Origin: Hormiphora californensis
Lineage: Eukaryota; Animalia; Ctenophora
Assembly: GCA_020137815.1 (NCBI GenBank)
Contig: CM035358.1
Coordinates: 2,294,001-2,358,000, forward strand
DNA: 64,000 bases
Reading direction: 5' to 3'
Under the pieces are notes generated by a model. It was not told where the DNA came from, did no database searches, and saw nothing but the letters and a program-made list of their open reading frames with translations. Position 1 is the first letter of the stretch, and every line of letters begins with the position of its first letter. A program made the translations under genes and the position numbers. Positions 36,045-60,914 of this stretch are shown piece by piece.

Positions 36045-36201
36045 ATCTTCTTTGTTCTTTTTGTAAATGACACTGGACAGATACATGTGTTATATTTTGT
36101 CGTGTCTTACATTTTAAAAGGCTTCTTTTTCTTAGCTCTGTCTCCACAAATTGAGATCATGACCATATATGGTTATATCACGTGATTACCAGCTTGTATG
36201 C

Positions 36202-36267
36202 CCATATATGGGCATTTTAACACCATATATATATATATATATATGGTGTTAAAATGCCCATATATGG
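36202..36267. repeat. 66-bp perfect palindrome bounded by CCATATATGG
   Basis: Direct inspection; central (AT)n. Confidence 0.9.
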
Positions 36268-36837
36268 TGTTGAATCTCTGATCCCAGCTATCATGATTGA
36301 CCTGTGGACGGCTGTGATGTTCTCAGTTCTCCTTGGCCATGCGATCAGCCAACAGCACATCATTACTACAATACTGATCACGTGTATTGTAACGTGTGTA
36401 GTATACTTGGGGCGGTTGAGGGGGGGCTGTTTGTAGAAATGGAGGAGGAGGGGGTTCCCTGAAGCGGAGTTCTGGTATTAGGCGGCGTGCCAAGAACAAT
36501 GATGTCATGCTGATTAGTTTTAAATCGCTCGATGAAGAGGAGAAATGTTCTAAATCTCAAGAAATAGGCGGAGAGAATTGATGGTGTGTCAATGTTTGTT
36601 TGTCTGTTATAAATTAGTAAATTTAAATATTTCTTTTCGTTAAAGCCAGTCCTTGTACAATCACTTAATTTAAGAGGTCAATTCTATTGTGTGACTTCGT
36701 CGTCATCGACATTGACGTCACACAAAACTTCAAAATACTATATTGGAAACACTAGGTCCCACCACACGAATTTAAAAAATACATTGTTCTAATCTCTGCA
36801 TTTAAAATCCCTCCTAATACCCTGCTCCCTCCCTCAG

Positions 36838-39800
36838 AAGACAACAACAACAATACATCCACGACTACAACTACTGCAACAGTGCTGAAAACTCCAACGT
36901 GTAACACGCCCCCTGATAGTACTAGTGGGGCAGCGGACACGTCACGTGACCATCCTAACTCAGCCAATCAGGTACACTTTCCCATGACGGCTTAACTTGA
37001 CTATTGGGGAGGGGCAGGGCGCAGGCAGGCAAGATCAATTCCACTACTACAGTTTATATTCTCTGCCCCCAGTTGAATGATTATCACTGTGGAGATTAAT
37101 TAATTATCTAATGTAATTACTAAATTACTACTAATTATTCCCCGCCAGGAGGTGGAGATAGCCAAGTTCTTCACGCCCAACAGCTCCTCAGGATCCCCCG
37201 GCACTGAACATGCACCCCAGATCGTCCACGCACACAACGGAACTTCAGGTACTGAGACACAACACGGACAGGCAGACAGTGACATTATATCAGAAGGTAC
37301 TGAACCAGACCATGAACAGACAGACAGACCACACGGACAGACATACAGACCACACGGACAGGCAGACATTGCTATACCTGAAGGAGGAAATATGATGACC
37401 GACAGTGACATACACGATATGACAGGCGTACAGGTGACAGACAAACCAAATGACAGAGAGGAGACAGACAAACCACATGACAGACAAGTGACAAACAAAC
37501 CAATGATGGAGGAAAGTACATGGTTCAATGATATCACCTATGACGAAGTGGACACTCTAATCGATTCTCTGACTGAAACTGAAATGGATCAGATAGTTAG
37601 GAGTATATCAGCTCCAGATCACAGCCCCTTTGTTGACGAAGTACGTGGTTTACTGGCTGAGAGGAGGGATAGTAATTGTGATAGGGTTAGAGCGGAACAA
37701 GTCAGATTTTCACGGCTCTCTGCATGTCTTAGAGAGTACGAGAAGGTTGAGGACAAACCACGAATACTAATTGTGACTGATGTTAGACCGTGTATCGGAT
37801 CGGGCAAGACAAAACATAGACAGACAAACAAACAAGGTAGAATTTAACAACCCACACTATACTGACCGGGGGTGACTCTACTACAACATTTTATAACCAG
37901 TTGCAACAGTTGCCCCCCCCCCTCCATTTCCAACACTCCCTTATAAAGTATAAACCTACAGTTTTAACCTCTCAATTCCAACCCTCTTCTCTCTCCAGTT
38001 CCCAATTCCAACCCTCTTCTCTCTCCAGTTCCGATTTTCAACCCTCTCCTCTCTCCAGTTCCGATTTTCAACCCTCTCCTCTCCCAAGTTCCCAATTTCA
38101 ACCCTCTTCTCTCTCCAGTTCCCAATTCTAACCCTCTTGTCTCTCCAGTTCCGATTTTCAACCCTCTCCTCTCTCTTCTGTGTTTACCTCCCAATTCCAA
38201 CTAATTCCCTCCCTCCTCTCCCAAGTTCCCAATTCCAACCCTCTCCTCTCTCTCCAGTTCCCAATTCCCTCCCTCCTCTCCCAAGTTCCCATTTTCAACC
38301 CTCTCCTCTCTCCTGTGTTTACCTCCCAATTCCAACTAATTCCCTCCCTCCTCTCCCAAGTTCCCAATTCCAACCCTCTCTTCTCTCTCCAGTTCCCAAT
38401 TCCAACCCTCTCCTCTCTCTCCAGTTCCCAATTCCAACCCTCTCCTCTCTCTCCAGTTCCCAATTCTAACCCCACCTCCTCTCCTAAGTTCCCAATTCCA
38501 ACCCTCTCTTCTCTCTCTAGTTCCCAATTCCAACCCTCTCCTCTCCCAAGTTCCCAATCCCAACCCTCTCTTCTCTCTCCTGTGTTTACCTCCCAATTCC
38601 AACTAATTCCCTCCCTCCTCTCTCCCTCCTCTCCCAATGTTCAACCCTCTCCTCTCTCTCTTCAGCTAGTTCCCATTTTAAACCCTCTCCTCTCTTCAGT
38701 TCCCAACCCTCTCCTCTCTCTCCAGCTAGTTCCGATTTTCAACCCTCTCCTCTCTCTCTTCAGAGTAGTAGTAGTAGTAGTAACCCTCTCTCCTCTCTGT
38801 TCAGGTGAGCAAAGCAGTATAATGAGCAAGACACTCAAGTTCCTGAATCACCAGAAAAGTACAAACGATGAAAAACTGGATGAAGAAATGTACACTCCGT
38901 GTATAACGAAAGATGGTAATTTATTGTTCAGTTGAATTTCACAAAACGATCAATCAATGGCTGATTAATTGACTAACTAATTAACTGATTAATTAACTAA
39001 CTAATTAACTGATTAATTAACTAACTAATTAATGAATTATCTTACTTTTTAGATAAGGGAAACCCAATTTTGTTAATGGTGTATAATCTCGAACGGAACA
39101 AGTACGCGATCGAAGGAGGTACACTCGAACAGCTTGTGGACTTGTTATATAGTGGAAACGCCCCCGATGCAGACTACATCCAGACCTTCCTACTAGGTGA
39201 GACTCTCACTCATGATGTCCAAACTGTTACTACCATATCCCACTCACCTGTCTGGTGGCACCGATCCGATCTGAGCGCACTGTCTGACAGACTCTCACCG
39301 TGATAGTTCAGAGTGGGGATTAATATGGATCTGTTTCTGGGTTAGGGATCCATGGTTCCCTATTAGTTGCTCCTGCTCTGAGTTGGTTGTCTGAGAGAGA
39401 AAGTGACTGAAGCACATTACATAATAATCTCTAGCGGGGTAGTATGGAACTGGTCGTCTTAGAACCCCCTAAATTATCTGATACGGTTGTAAGGTTTTTT
39501 TGCATTAGACACCACCCGCGAAGTTATTGACAGAGAGATAGAAATGCATTCCTAGCCACAACTCGATAGGTAACCACTAAACTGACTAGTTATGTAACTA
39601 CGCCCTTTAGTATTGGTTTCTCAACATTTATATTCTCTCTCCCTAGTCTCTCTCCCTTTGTCAAATTTCTTTAAGGTAGATAATGAAATGTCAAGAATTT
39701 AGACTACTTCCTCTCAATATCTAGACATCACTAACCAATTAAAATTCTGATCTAAATCACTTCCTCACGAACTCTCAGAACGCAAAACTATCAACATTCC

Positions 39801-42369
39801 TAACTCTAACACTCCCTCTAACATTTCTAACTCTAACACCCTCTAACCCTCTATAACATCCTCTCCCCTCTAACATATCCGAACATTCCACTAACACTCC
39901 CTTCCCTTGTCCAGGCTATAAGATGTTCATGCAACCGGAAGAGTTAATGAGTATGTTAATCAACAAGTTCAAAGAATGTGATCAATCCGATGAGTTGACG
40001 GTTGAAGTACGGGATATGGTGAAGTTACGACTCAGCAATATAGTTACCCAGTGGATTGAGAGGGTTTGGGTGGATTTCCACTACAGTGATGCTATGGTAG
40101 GTGTTACCATGGCGACCGTTAGTCGTTAGTTTGGTTGTTCGAAACTGTGAAATATCATTTTCTGCAACATGGTCATCGTCACTTGTTTGTTCCTTAAATG
40201 TTACCTCGTTTTCTAACCACTAACTTCATTTCAGAAAGAGAAAGTGGATGAATTTATTGTTCTGGTGAGTTCAGGGCACCCTCACTTCATGCCTGTGGCC
40301 CTAAAACTGGAAACAACTAAAACCAAAAAAGAGCGGGAGTGGGAAGAGTCTCTCCGAGAGGACGACAGAACACCAGGATCCCTTCCCGGATCGGGATCCA
40401 ACTCCCCCTCTGGCTCACCACTACCCATCAGGAGGAGTAATAGTGATACTAAGAATCAGAAGAGGAAACCTCTCGGACTGAATGATGTCACTTCGTCTCA
40501 ATTCGCCAGACATGTGAGTATTGAAAACCCGTGTTAATTTTAGAATCTAGAATAATTCCTTTCATTGCCTATTACTTTAAAGGTTGATAAGATACCTAAA
40601 ACTTTTCGTATATCGTCTTATTTTGATTTATCATTAATTTTCAGCATTTTTTCAGAATTTTTTGTCGGCTAGAAAAAAATTCGAAATAGGGGGTCTACCG
40701 ATATTGTCAGCACTGGTTTTACTGGGCACACTCACTGCGTCTCGCAAATTGAAATTCACGTTTCCGGTTCCTCAAAAGATAGCCACTTGATCTTGGTTGC
40801 GTTGGATTGGTCTCAATAAGACCTTTCCAACGCTACCAAAACGGTTTCTGTATCTCATCAGGAACCAGAGATATTACGGTATCAGTTTTTAAATTGCGCC
40901 TCTCGTTTATCAGTAGACCCCCTATTTTGCACATATTTCTAGCCGACAAAAAATTCTGAAAAAATGCTGAAAATTAATGATAAATCAAAATAAGACGATA
41001 TACGAAAAGTTTTAGGTATCTTGTCAACCTTTAACCGTCCTTGATAAATATGTAAAAGCTACGACAACTCTAACCCTCCATTTCCCCTACAGCTGCACTG
41101 TGCGGATTTCGATATGTTAGCCAAGGTGGAACTGCACGAATATTTCTCTTACTTCTGCAGAAAAAGTAAGTTCCTTTTATCAACCATATAATTTCTATCT
41201 TTTCTCTCTTGTCTCCCTTTCTTTCTTTCTATCTTCTCCCTCTCACTCTCTCCCTCTCTCTCTCCATCCTGGCTTATCCTAATTCCTGCATTTTGCACTT
41301 ATTTGGCCTTGATTTTGCTATAGTTAACTAGAAATCTGCTCAAGGAATAAGGATGTTAAATATTTGACCAGTCACGACAAGATTCAGTAGAAACAGGTTC
41401 TCTCCCCAGTCCCCCTCTCTCCCCTCTTCATCTTCACCTCCCTATTACCTCCCCAATCCTCTCTCCCTAACCCCCTCTCTCTCCCTCGCTAGAAGATCCC
41501 CGGTACAACCTCCTAAAACGCCACCTTGACAACTGGATCGGACACTGGAACAGAGTAACTGCCTGGGTTACAACTGAGATCCTTCGAGACGAGAGCCCCC
41601 GAGTCCGTGCCAACAAGATTGAGAAGCTGATCGAGGTGGCTAAGGCTCTGAAACAACTGTTCAGTTTCAACATGTTATACGCCTTTATAACTGGCTTCAA
41701 CCACTGTGGTGTGAGCCGTCTGAAGAAAACTTGGGAACATGTGAAGCCTGGATCACAGCGAGCATTGAACGATCTAGAGGAACTGATGAGTACGATGGAT
41801 AACTTCCGATTGTACAGAAAGAGACTGATATCAGTACCTCGGACAGTGTGCAGCATTCCCCTGCTCAGTCTGATACTCCGGGACATTGAGTTCCTCAATG
41901 TGAATTCTGCCAAGCTCAAGAATGGGTTGTGGAACTTTGGGAAGCTGAGATTAATCAAAAATAAGGTGAGAATTATAGTAAGAGAGAAATTAGAGAACTG
42001 CTAAATGACGGTACCATGCCTATATTTCTTCCCCCAATATAACTCAGTATAGAGATTACCAAATAAAACGTCAAGGAACTGAACCACTGTGTGCCCCCCC
42101 CCCCCCCCCCCCCGATACAAAAGACACATTCCAATCTAACCCATCATTATTTTCAGATATCCGAGTTGGAGCGGTACAAGATGATAAAGCCTCAGAACAA
42201 TATCCAGATTGATGACGAGATCCTTGCCTATTGCCGGAATCTCCCCTCAATTCCCACGGGCCAGATTTATGATATTAGTCTGGAGAGGGAACCTAAAGAT
42301 CCACCAAAAGCAGCCCGACCCATCTCAGCATCATCATTTTCAAGCGTAGCCACCAGTTCTTCTTCTTAG
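36838..42369 (+). CDS. Ras-family guanine nucleotide exchange factor (REM/RasGEF_N + CDC25 domain), constant exons
   Basis: In-phase GT-AG exon chain 36838-36971, 37149-37836, 38805-38915, 39053-39196, 39915-40096, 40235-40513, 41093-41165, 41493-41965, 42157-42369 (stop). REM motif IEGGTLEQLVDLL...YIQTFLLGYKMFMQPEEL...RLSNIVTQWIE; CDC25 motifs WNRVTAWVTTEIL, RANKIEKLIEVAKALKQLFSFN, VSRLKKTW, IPLLSLILRDIEF, NFGKLR, SLEREP. Confidence 0.92.
37965..38800. repeat. ~30-bp pyrimidine-rich intronic minisatellite
   Basis: Unit about CCAGTTCCCAATTCCAACCCTCTCCTCTCT, running up to the 38804 acceptor. Confidence 0.9.
40581..41030. mobile_element. 450-bp Kolobok-like MITE (RasGEF intron)
   Basis: ~95-118-bp TIR starting AGGTTGA, flanked on both sides by TTAA. 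Confidence 0.88.
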
Positions 42370-43199
42370 TGTGTGTAGAGAGAAGAGGATGTCATGATGT
42401 ACATTCTTTAGAATCTGGTGCTAATTAGTACGCTAATTAGATTAGTACATTTCGTGCAAAGAAATGTTTTTGATTCATCAGTCTGTCGAACTTTGTCCGT
42501 TTTTAATCATGATTGATCACATTTCCCCATTATTAGACAATATCGGAAAGAGAAGAGTGCAGTGTTTAGACTTGACTCGTACAATGTTGTTGAGTATTCA
42601 ACAAGTACAATGTGTAATTAGCTAAACACAAGATTATTGAAGAGTGAAAAAAGGCACTCTGGTGCAAGTTATAGACACTAAAAAGTGTGTTAGTTAGACA
42701 ATGATAGGCGCGTGTGTATTATATCACTTTGTATTCCCCTCTAGAATATTACAGGTGAACAGTTTACAGCATAGCATGATCTGAGGGACATGTTCATGTT
42801 CCCGAGTTACAACGAAGTAATCTGTTTAAAATTCGTCCTATTTTGTAAAATTTTAACTGAAATAAGTTTTTGTGATTTACTTTATGGTTAAAATTGTGTT
42901 TTTAATTCTCAGAGTGGTGTCAAAATTAACCAGGAGGCAGGAGTGATTTAGAAATAAGTTGTCATCGCGCGGCTTACTATTTGCGCGTCATATTACGCGC
43001 GCGCAAAAAATCAAAACTCGAGCTCAAAAAAATTTCGAAAGTTTTTTTCAGTTCACGATTTTTATTTTTCTAATTTTCTAGGTCTGTCGCTCGGAATGCG
43101 CTGCAGCCCCTCATGCGCGCACTCCTACAGCGTATGCCAAGTCTGTCGCCCTTGGTTGCCTCAGTTTGATAACATTTTTCACATTAAATGCAGCTTAGG

Positions 43200-46049
43200 C
43201 CAAATGTGAAGTGAACAAGCCACCACATGCTGAGATAAGTTGTAAACTAGATCAGTTTCAAGAGCTAAAGGATGAAGAGTTGACCAAGATAATTCGCTCC
43301 ATGGCCTATAAACACTGCGACCTAGACCCTCTTCCAACCTCTATGGTATCGCAGCTTTTGCCAGAGTTGATAGAAGTCATGGCTGAGATGGTGAACACAA
43401 GTCTTACCACTGGCGAGTTCCCGTCTGAATTGAAAAAGGCTCTTGTTAGACCAGCGTTCAAACTAAAGGATGGAGACAAAGATGACTTGAAGAATTATCG
43501 ACCCGTGTCCAATCTGAGTTTTGTGTCCAAGCTGATTGAGAAGGCGGTGGCACTCCAACTAACACATTATCTAGAGTCAAATGGATTACTAGGTAAAGTT
43601 CAGTCAGCATACCGGAAAAGTCATAGCGTGGAAACAGCAACGGTTAAAATCCTTGATGACCTACTGCTCATAACAGATGACAATTCGAAAGCAGTCCTTC
43701 TTCTTCTTGACTTGAGTGCCGCTTTTGACACCATCGATCATAATACGTTACTTGAGAAACTTGAGAAACGTTATGGAATATGCGGAACAGCTCTCAAATG
43801 GTTCCGTTCTTACCTTACCGGGAGAACAGCGTCAGTTAAGATCGGAAATGTGACATCAACAGAGCGTGCTGTAAAGATAGGGGTACCCCAGGGGAGTATT
43901 CTTGGGCCAATTTTGTTCATTCTCTACACCAAAGAGTTGGAGCAAATTGCTAGGAACCACGGTATGACGATACATCTTTATGCCGATGATTCCCAATTAT
44001 ATTGCTCCTTCAAAACCCATGATTTCAATGCAACCGAAGCTAAACTCAATGTCTGCTTAGCGGATATCCAGAAGTGGATGGCTCGAAACCGGCTGAAGTT
44101 AAACGCTGGAAAGACTGAGGTTATGATCATAAAATCAATACATGACCGTGGTGACAATCCAAAGGAAATACAGCTCTTCGATCAAGTGGTTGAGGCCTCA
44201 TCATATGCAAGGAACCTTGGCGTTATATTCGACGACAAATTGAAAATGGATAAGCATGTTTCGCATGTGGTACGGGGATGTATGGGTTACCTGAACAACC
44301 TTTGGCGAGTAGGGGGAATGATGGACAAGGACTCGAGGATCCGGATGGTAAACGTTTTCGTTCACTCAAAACTTGACTTTTGTAACTCACTTCTCTACGG
44401 TATTAACAAATCGCAATTAAAGCGCCTGCAGAAAGTGCAGAACTCGGCCATACGTTACGTATTCAACTGGAAGAAGAGAAGGGGAATAACAGCACTAAGC
44501 AAGGAACTCCACTTTTTACCTATTTCTGCGAGGATTCGATATAAAATCGCTCTCTTGATGTACAATGTAGTTCATGGTCAGACTCCAGAATACTTGAAGG
44601 ATGATGTTGGAATGAGGCAGAGAAAACAGATTGGACTAAGAGCGGACGACGATAGTACCCTGTTGGAAGAGAAAATACACTGTAGCCTCAAGCTTCGACA
44701 CAATGTTACTAAACGTGGTATCTCTATAGCTGGTCCAGTCGTATGGAACAGTCTACCACGACTCCTAAGAGAATCAGCCTCTGTTGCAGAGTTCAAAAAG
44801 TACCTGAAACATCATCTATTCATTGAAAGTTTCGGTTGTTCTTAGAAGTGGTTAGTCGGTCATTGAAATCTACCTGTCTTCTGAGTTTCCCTCTTATTTC
44901 TACATCCTGGGTTCTGAGTTCCTATGGCTACTACTGGTTTTCCTGGGTTTCTACTGGGTTCCTATGGTTACTACTGGTTTTCCTTGGTTTCTACTTGCTT
45001 CCTTGGTTTCCTGGGTCATTTTGGTATGTCTGGCGTCTGCACAGCACCATCTTTCCAGCACCTGCACACCCTCATCCTTTCCAGGGCACATTTTTCCATT
45101 AAGCTGTGCAGTGTATCCTTGTCCTCCTCCAGGCTACAGCTTCTAATTCTCTAAATTGCTTATCTCTTGTCTGGCTTCAGTTGGGACTACACATGGTCTG
45201 CCTCCCTTGCTTGGTCCTTTCCTGGGTTCCCGTGTCCTGTCTCACCTATCACTATTCGGTATTCATTGCCACCACGCCCTAATGGCTTATGCACTGGTCC
45301 AAATTCCAGACTTCCACTCCCTTCCATCCCACTATACCTATGTCCTACTACACCTACTATACACTCCTTCCTACATCTACATTCCTTCCTACATCTACCT
45401 GAGACTTAGTAGAGGGACCACCCATGACAGAGTATTTAAGATTCTTTGTGTGTATTTTTGTTTAAACGTATCTTGGCCTTTCGAGTTTGTGTAGAGTTGA
45501 GTAGATGAGGTTGCAGACTGGCTGAGAGAGGCCGAAGAAAGAAGAGTGAAGACCATACACTCCGTTTTTAAACGTTTTTCTCGATAAAAAACTATGCCTT
45601 GTATGTCCAGACAATAATATCCACCGAAACAAACTCTGTATCGAAATACACACTCTCAAGGACTGCATGTTTGAAGGACAGCTAATTTATTTATTTATTG
45701 TTTGCATTATTTGTACAGTTTGTTTGACTTTGGTGGTCTGTCGGTGGGTTGATTAGTTGGTCTATTTATTTGTCGGTGGGTTGATTTGTTGGTCTATTTA
45801 TTTGTCCCGATGTTCTAGTAACTGTTATGATCGTGTTTTGAATGTTCGTGTTTTGTATGTTCGTGTTTTGTATGTTCGTGTTTATGTTCGTGTTTGTATG
45901 TTCGTGTTTTGTTATGCTCGTGTTTTGTATCTGTACCACTTTTGAAAGTGAGAGAGTATGTCAAGCGTAGGCTGTTGGTGCGTGCTCCATTATTTTACAC
46001 TATAAAGTGGTATATATAAATGATTATATTACATTTACATTTACATTTA
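43200..46049 (+). mobile_element. 5'-truncated L2/CR1-group LINE
   Basis: RT ORF, ~1.2-kb 3' UTR with short internal tandem repeats, and a (TACATT)n tail at 46029-46048. Confidence 0.85.
43211..44845 (+). CDS. LINE ORF2 reverse transcriptase (endonuclease portion truncated)
   Basis: NYRPVSNLSFVSKLIEK, LLDLSAAFDTIDH, GVPQGSILGP, YADD, LKLNAGKTE, RNLGVIFD, KLDFCNSLL, WNSLP…FKKYLKHHLF; 544 aa without stops. Confidence 0.95.
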   Translation: MNKPPHAEISCKLDQFQELKDEELTKIIRSMAYKHCDLDPLPTSMVSQLLPELIEVMAEMVNTSLTTGEFPSELKKALVRPAFKLKDGDKDDLKNYRPVSNLSFVSKLIEKAVALQLTHYLESNGLLGKVQSAYRKSHSVETATVKILDDLLLITDDNSKAVLLLLDLSAAFDTIDHNTLLEKLEKRYGICGTALKWFRSYLTGRTASVKIGNVTSTERAVKIGVPQGSILGPILFILYTKELEQIARNHGMTIHLYADDSQLYCSFKTHDFNATEAKLNVCLADIQKWMARNRLKLNAGKTEVMIIKSIHDRGDNPKEIQLFDQVVEASSYARNLGVIFDDKLKMDKHVSHVVRGCMGYLNNLWRVGGMMDKDSRIRMVNVFVHSKLDFCNSLLYGINKSQLKRLQKVQNSAIRYVFNWKKRRGITALSKELHFLPISARIRYKIALLMYNVVHGQTPEYLKDDVGMRQRKQIGLRADDDSTLLEEKIHCSLKLRHNVTKRGISIAGPVVWNSLPRLLRESASVAEFKKYLKHHLFIESFGCS

Positions 46050-46170
46050 GAAAGCTCGATGACGCTTTGACCGATTTTTCACAAAATTGCCATCGAAAAC
46101 TTGCACAGTCTTTTATCATGATTTGAACACCCGAGGCATAAACACACCGTATCTCGTTACCTTAGATTCA

Positions 46171-47286
46171 ATGGATAGATGGTCGTGGCAGTCGAAAGGA
46201 ACGAAAACAGCCGAAGAAACTAAGTCGAGTATCGCTAATGTCCGGCTGTACGATGGGGAGGACAAAACGAATTTTGATAAGGGTTCTCTTACCATCACAA
46301 CACATCGGTTAATTTGGAGTGACGGTCGACAGGGTATTGAACTTCCTCTAAAATTAATAACGAAGGTGTCTTCTGCAGAGGCAACCTTCACAAAAAGTGC
46401 GAAGGTTATTCTGACTCTTTCAACTCGAGAACACTCACAAGACCCGGGCCCTGTGCAAACCAGTAAACATGATTTTATAAAACTGTCATTTCTAAAAGGT
46501 GGTCATAACGATGCAAAGTCGCTCATTATCACACTTTTGTCTGAGAAGAGATGGGAGAAGGGAGTGATTGCGGTTCAAGGTAAATCGTCCCTCATGGGAG
46601 GAGGTCTGGTGCACATCGAGCGGCAAATTGAGTCAACCCGAGCTGAGACAGATAAATCCTTGACCTCGGCTTTCAAGGATATTGATGCACTGATGGATAG
46701 AGGAAAAGATATGGTGGCTCTAGCTGAGAGAATTACAGTGAAACTAAGTGAAAAGGACTCCGCTGGGGACGAGACAATGGAATTGAAGTCCCATCTCCTT
46801 TCTATTGGTATCTCTAATCCTGTAACACGTGAAACTCACGGCACTGGCACTAGCTACCACAAATCTCTAGGAAGTGAGCTGGCCCGGATGATATCCTCTC
46901 CCCTTCAGGAATGTGGCGGTGTAATGAGTGTAAGTGAGGTTTACTGCAGGTACAACCGGGCTCGAGGTGTTGCTCTGGTCTCACCAGAGGATGTGGTGAA
47001 TGCCTGTAAAACCCTGACACCCCAACAACATGGCATGGAATTAAAACGGTTTTCTTCTGGTGTGCTAGTTGTGGAGGGTGATAATTTCAACTCTATCATG
47101 TCAACCTTAGTGGATACCATAACAGATAATACTTGTGTAACCGCACTGACTCTGAGCTCGCTCATGACTATTCCGTTACTACTTGCTAAGGAACGGCTAC
47201 AAGCGGCGGAACAGCATGGGTTATTGTGCAGGGATGAGACAGATGAAGGGATATTCTTTTATAAGAATCTACTTGTTACAGCGTGA
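46171..47286 (+). CDS. VPS36: Vacuolar protein sorting 36 (ESCRT-II, EAP45), intronless
   Basis: Start MDRWSW (cf. human MDRFVW); GLUE domain VRLYDGEDKTNFDKGSLTITTHRLIW, FTKSAKVIL, IKLSF; winged-helix part AFKDIDALM, GISNPVTRET, VYCRYNRARGVALVSPED, AEQHGLLCRDETDEGIFFYKN. Confidence 0.95.
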   Translation: MDRWSWQSKGTKTAEETKSSIANVRLYDGEDKTNFDKGSLTITTHRLIWSDGRQGIELPLKLITKVSSAEATFTKSAKVILTLSTREHSQDPGPVQTSKHDFIKLSFLKGGHNDAKSLIITLLSEKRWEKGVIAVQGKSSLMGGGLVHIERQIESTRAETDKSLTSAFKDIDALMDRGKDMVALAERITVKLSEKDSAGDETMELKSHLLSIGISNPVTRETHGTGTSYHKSLGSELARMISSPLQECGGVMSVSEVYCRYNRARGVALVSPEDVVNACKTLTPQQHGMELKRFSSGVLVVEGDNFNSIMSTLVDTITDNTCVTALTLSSLMTIPLLLAKERLQAAEQHGLLCRDETDEGIFFYKNLLVTA

Positions 47287-47496
47287 ATATCATGAGATAC
47301 TTTGAGAGATTTGTGATTATTTTGAATGCGGGAAGAATGTAGAAAGTTTTGTTATTGTGTATAATCATTGTTTAGTTTATGAGTCTTGTTAACAGCTTTC
47401 GTTGAATTCTCAAACCTACCCATCTCCCATCACATTGTATTTTAACTGATACATTTTGTATTATAGGAAGGTGATAAGTTAGACCTCAATCTCCAG

Positions 47497-59388
<11,892 letters not shown>

Positions 59389-60914
59389 AGACAATGCTGT
59401 TTGAGATGTGTGTGTCCCATGAACAATGTGTGTGGGCGTTTTGTTTGACACAATATACATGACAGAAAATGTGAAAAATATAAAGAGAGAGATGCATCTA
59501 AAGCTGTCAGAGCATTGGCCTGACAAATCTAAAGTATTTCAGCGCTACGAAGAAGAAAAAGCTTTCTTTTAGTATCTTCTTGTGTCATATTATAATACAC
59601 ATTTGAAATGTATTAAGAGTTAAAATGCATTATTTTCACACCCCTTAAATGGTTGTACTTTAAGTTTCAAACCTTCCAGAATCGACCCAATCATTTTAAT
59701 GACCACGTACTCTGTCTGGCCGCACCAAACGTGATCCCGTTGTGCAGTGATGCAATAATTGAGTCCTCAGATCGGGTCATTAAAATTATACTACGTGATA
59801 GTATGTGGTCTCCCTAAGAAGCTTTATATCCTTGTATATAGTCTCCTGCAGTTGGTAGCACACAGTTTTGGCAACGTACCCCTAGCTGTACAAAGCCTAA
59901 TTGAAAAGTTAACAAGTTTATCTGTTATCACCTTCAATTGGCTTGTCCACGCCTTACTCCATAATAGAATCCATTGTCAATGTCATGAGTGCTTGTATTT
60001 TGTTTCGGTTGCAACTGTTAATGAATCTTTCGGCAATCACTAATCGTATCATACAATTTAGATCCTGACTCGTTTTAGATTCATAAAATCCTCTCACTAT
60101 GAGCCACTGCTCATGTTCACTCTTATCTGTCAGAGCATTGGCCTGCCAGTGTTCACTAGACATTGTTCATTCTTGTTGAGTAAGAACTCAACAAGTTCAT
60201 TAATCATTCTGAAATGTAGAACACATATCCATCCGTGGGGTCTATCCATGTGCTATCTTATATAGTCATAAAAATGAGGGAGAGAGAATTTCAAAGAGGG
60301 AAGGAGAAAGATAGTGGAAAGCACAGTGGGGTGTTGAGAAGCAATTTTCCCTACTCCCTCGATAGTCAGGGTGTGAACTGCATGTCGTGTTTGCTAGTCG
60401 CGAGCGCGCTTGCGAGACAAGCAAACACGTCAAGGTTCATTAACAAGCATGCTGCTCAGTCATTTTAGATTTAATACACAATGTAAGGATACCATGTAAT
60501 AGGTGAGACTCTTGCCGTCACCCTCGTTCAAGTCCCGTGAAAAACGGAGCAGTACACGCAAACTGATGCCCATTTTCCTCGCGTGACCCCGATTCAGCAG
60601 TTTGAGACACCAACTCTTTAGGGGGCCATATCTCAGGAACCAGACAAGATAGGAAAAATCGCCGTCTAATGAGGCGTACAGTTTTTAATCTAGTTTACCA
60701 CTGTACCGGCCGTTTCACTCTCCGACCTAAAACAAAAATCGCAACCCCACAAAACTTCAAAATAATGAAATTCGCATCTCGCATGTCGTGTTGCATGTCG
60801 TGTCATGTTATTGACGCGCTCGCGTTCAACTCTCACACAGCAGCTGCAGAACGTGGCGGGAAACATCGAGGAGTAGAGAGAGGGTCGGTGCCGAATCAAA
60901 TATTTCTTGATCTT

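Noticed and set aside
37901-38800. ORFs in the 30-bp minisatellite
   Set aside because: Intronic; flanking exons join in phase without them.
46087-46170. N-terminal extension of the VPS36 ORF
   Set aside because: Starts at TTG; homology begins at MDRW (46171), just after an AG acceptor.
60370-60840. Possible DNA element with GCATGTCGTGT repeats and a hairpin
   Set aside because: No clear TIR pair or TSD could be defined.
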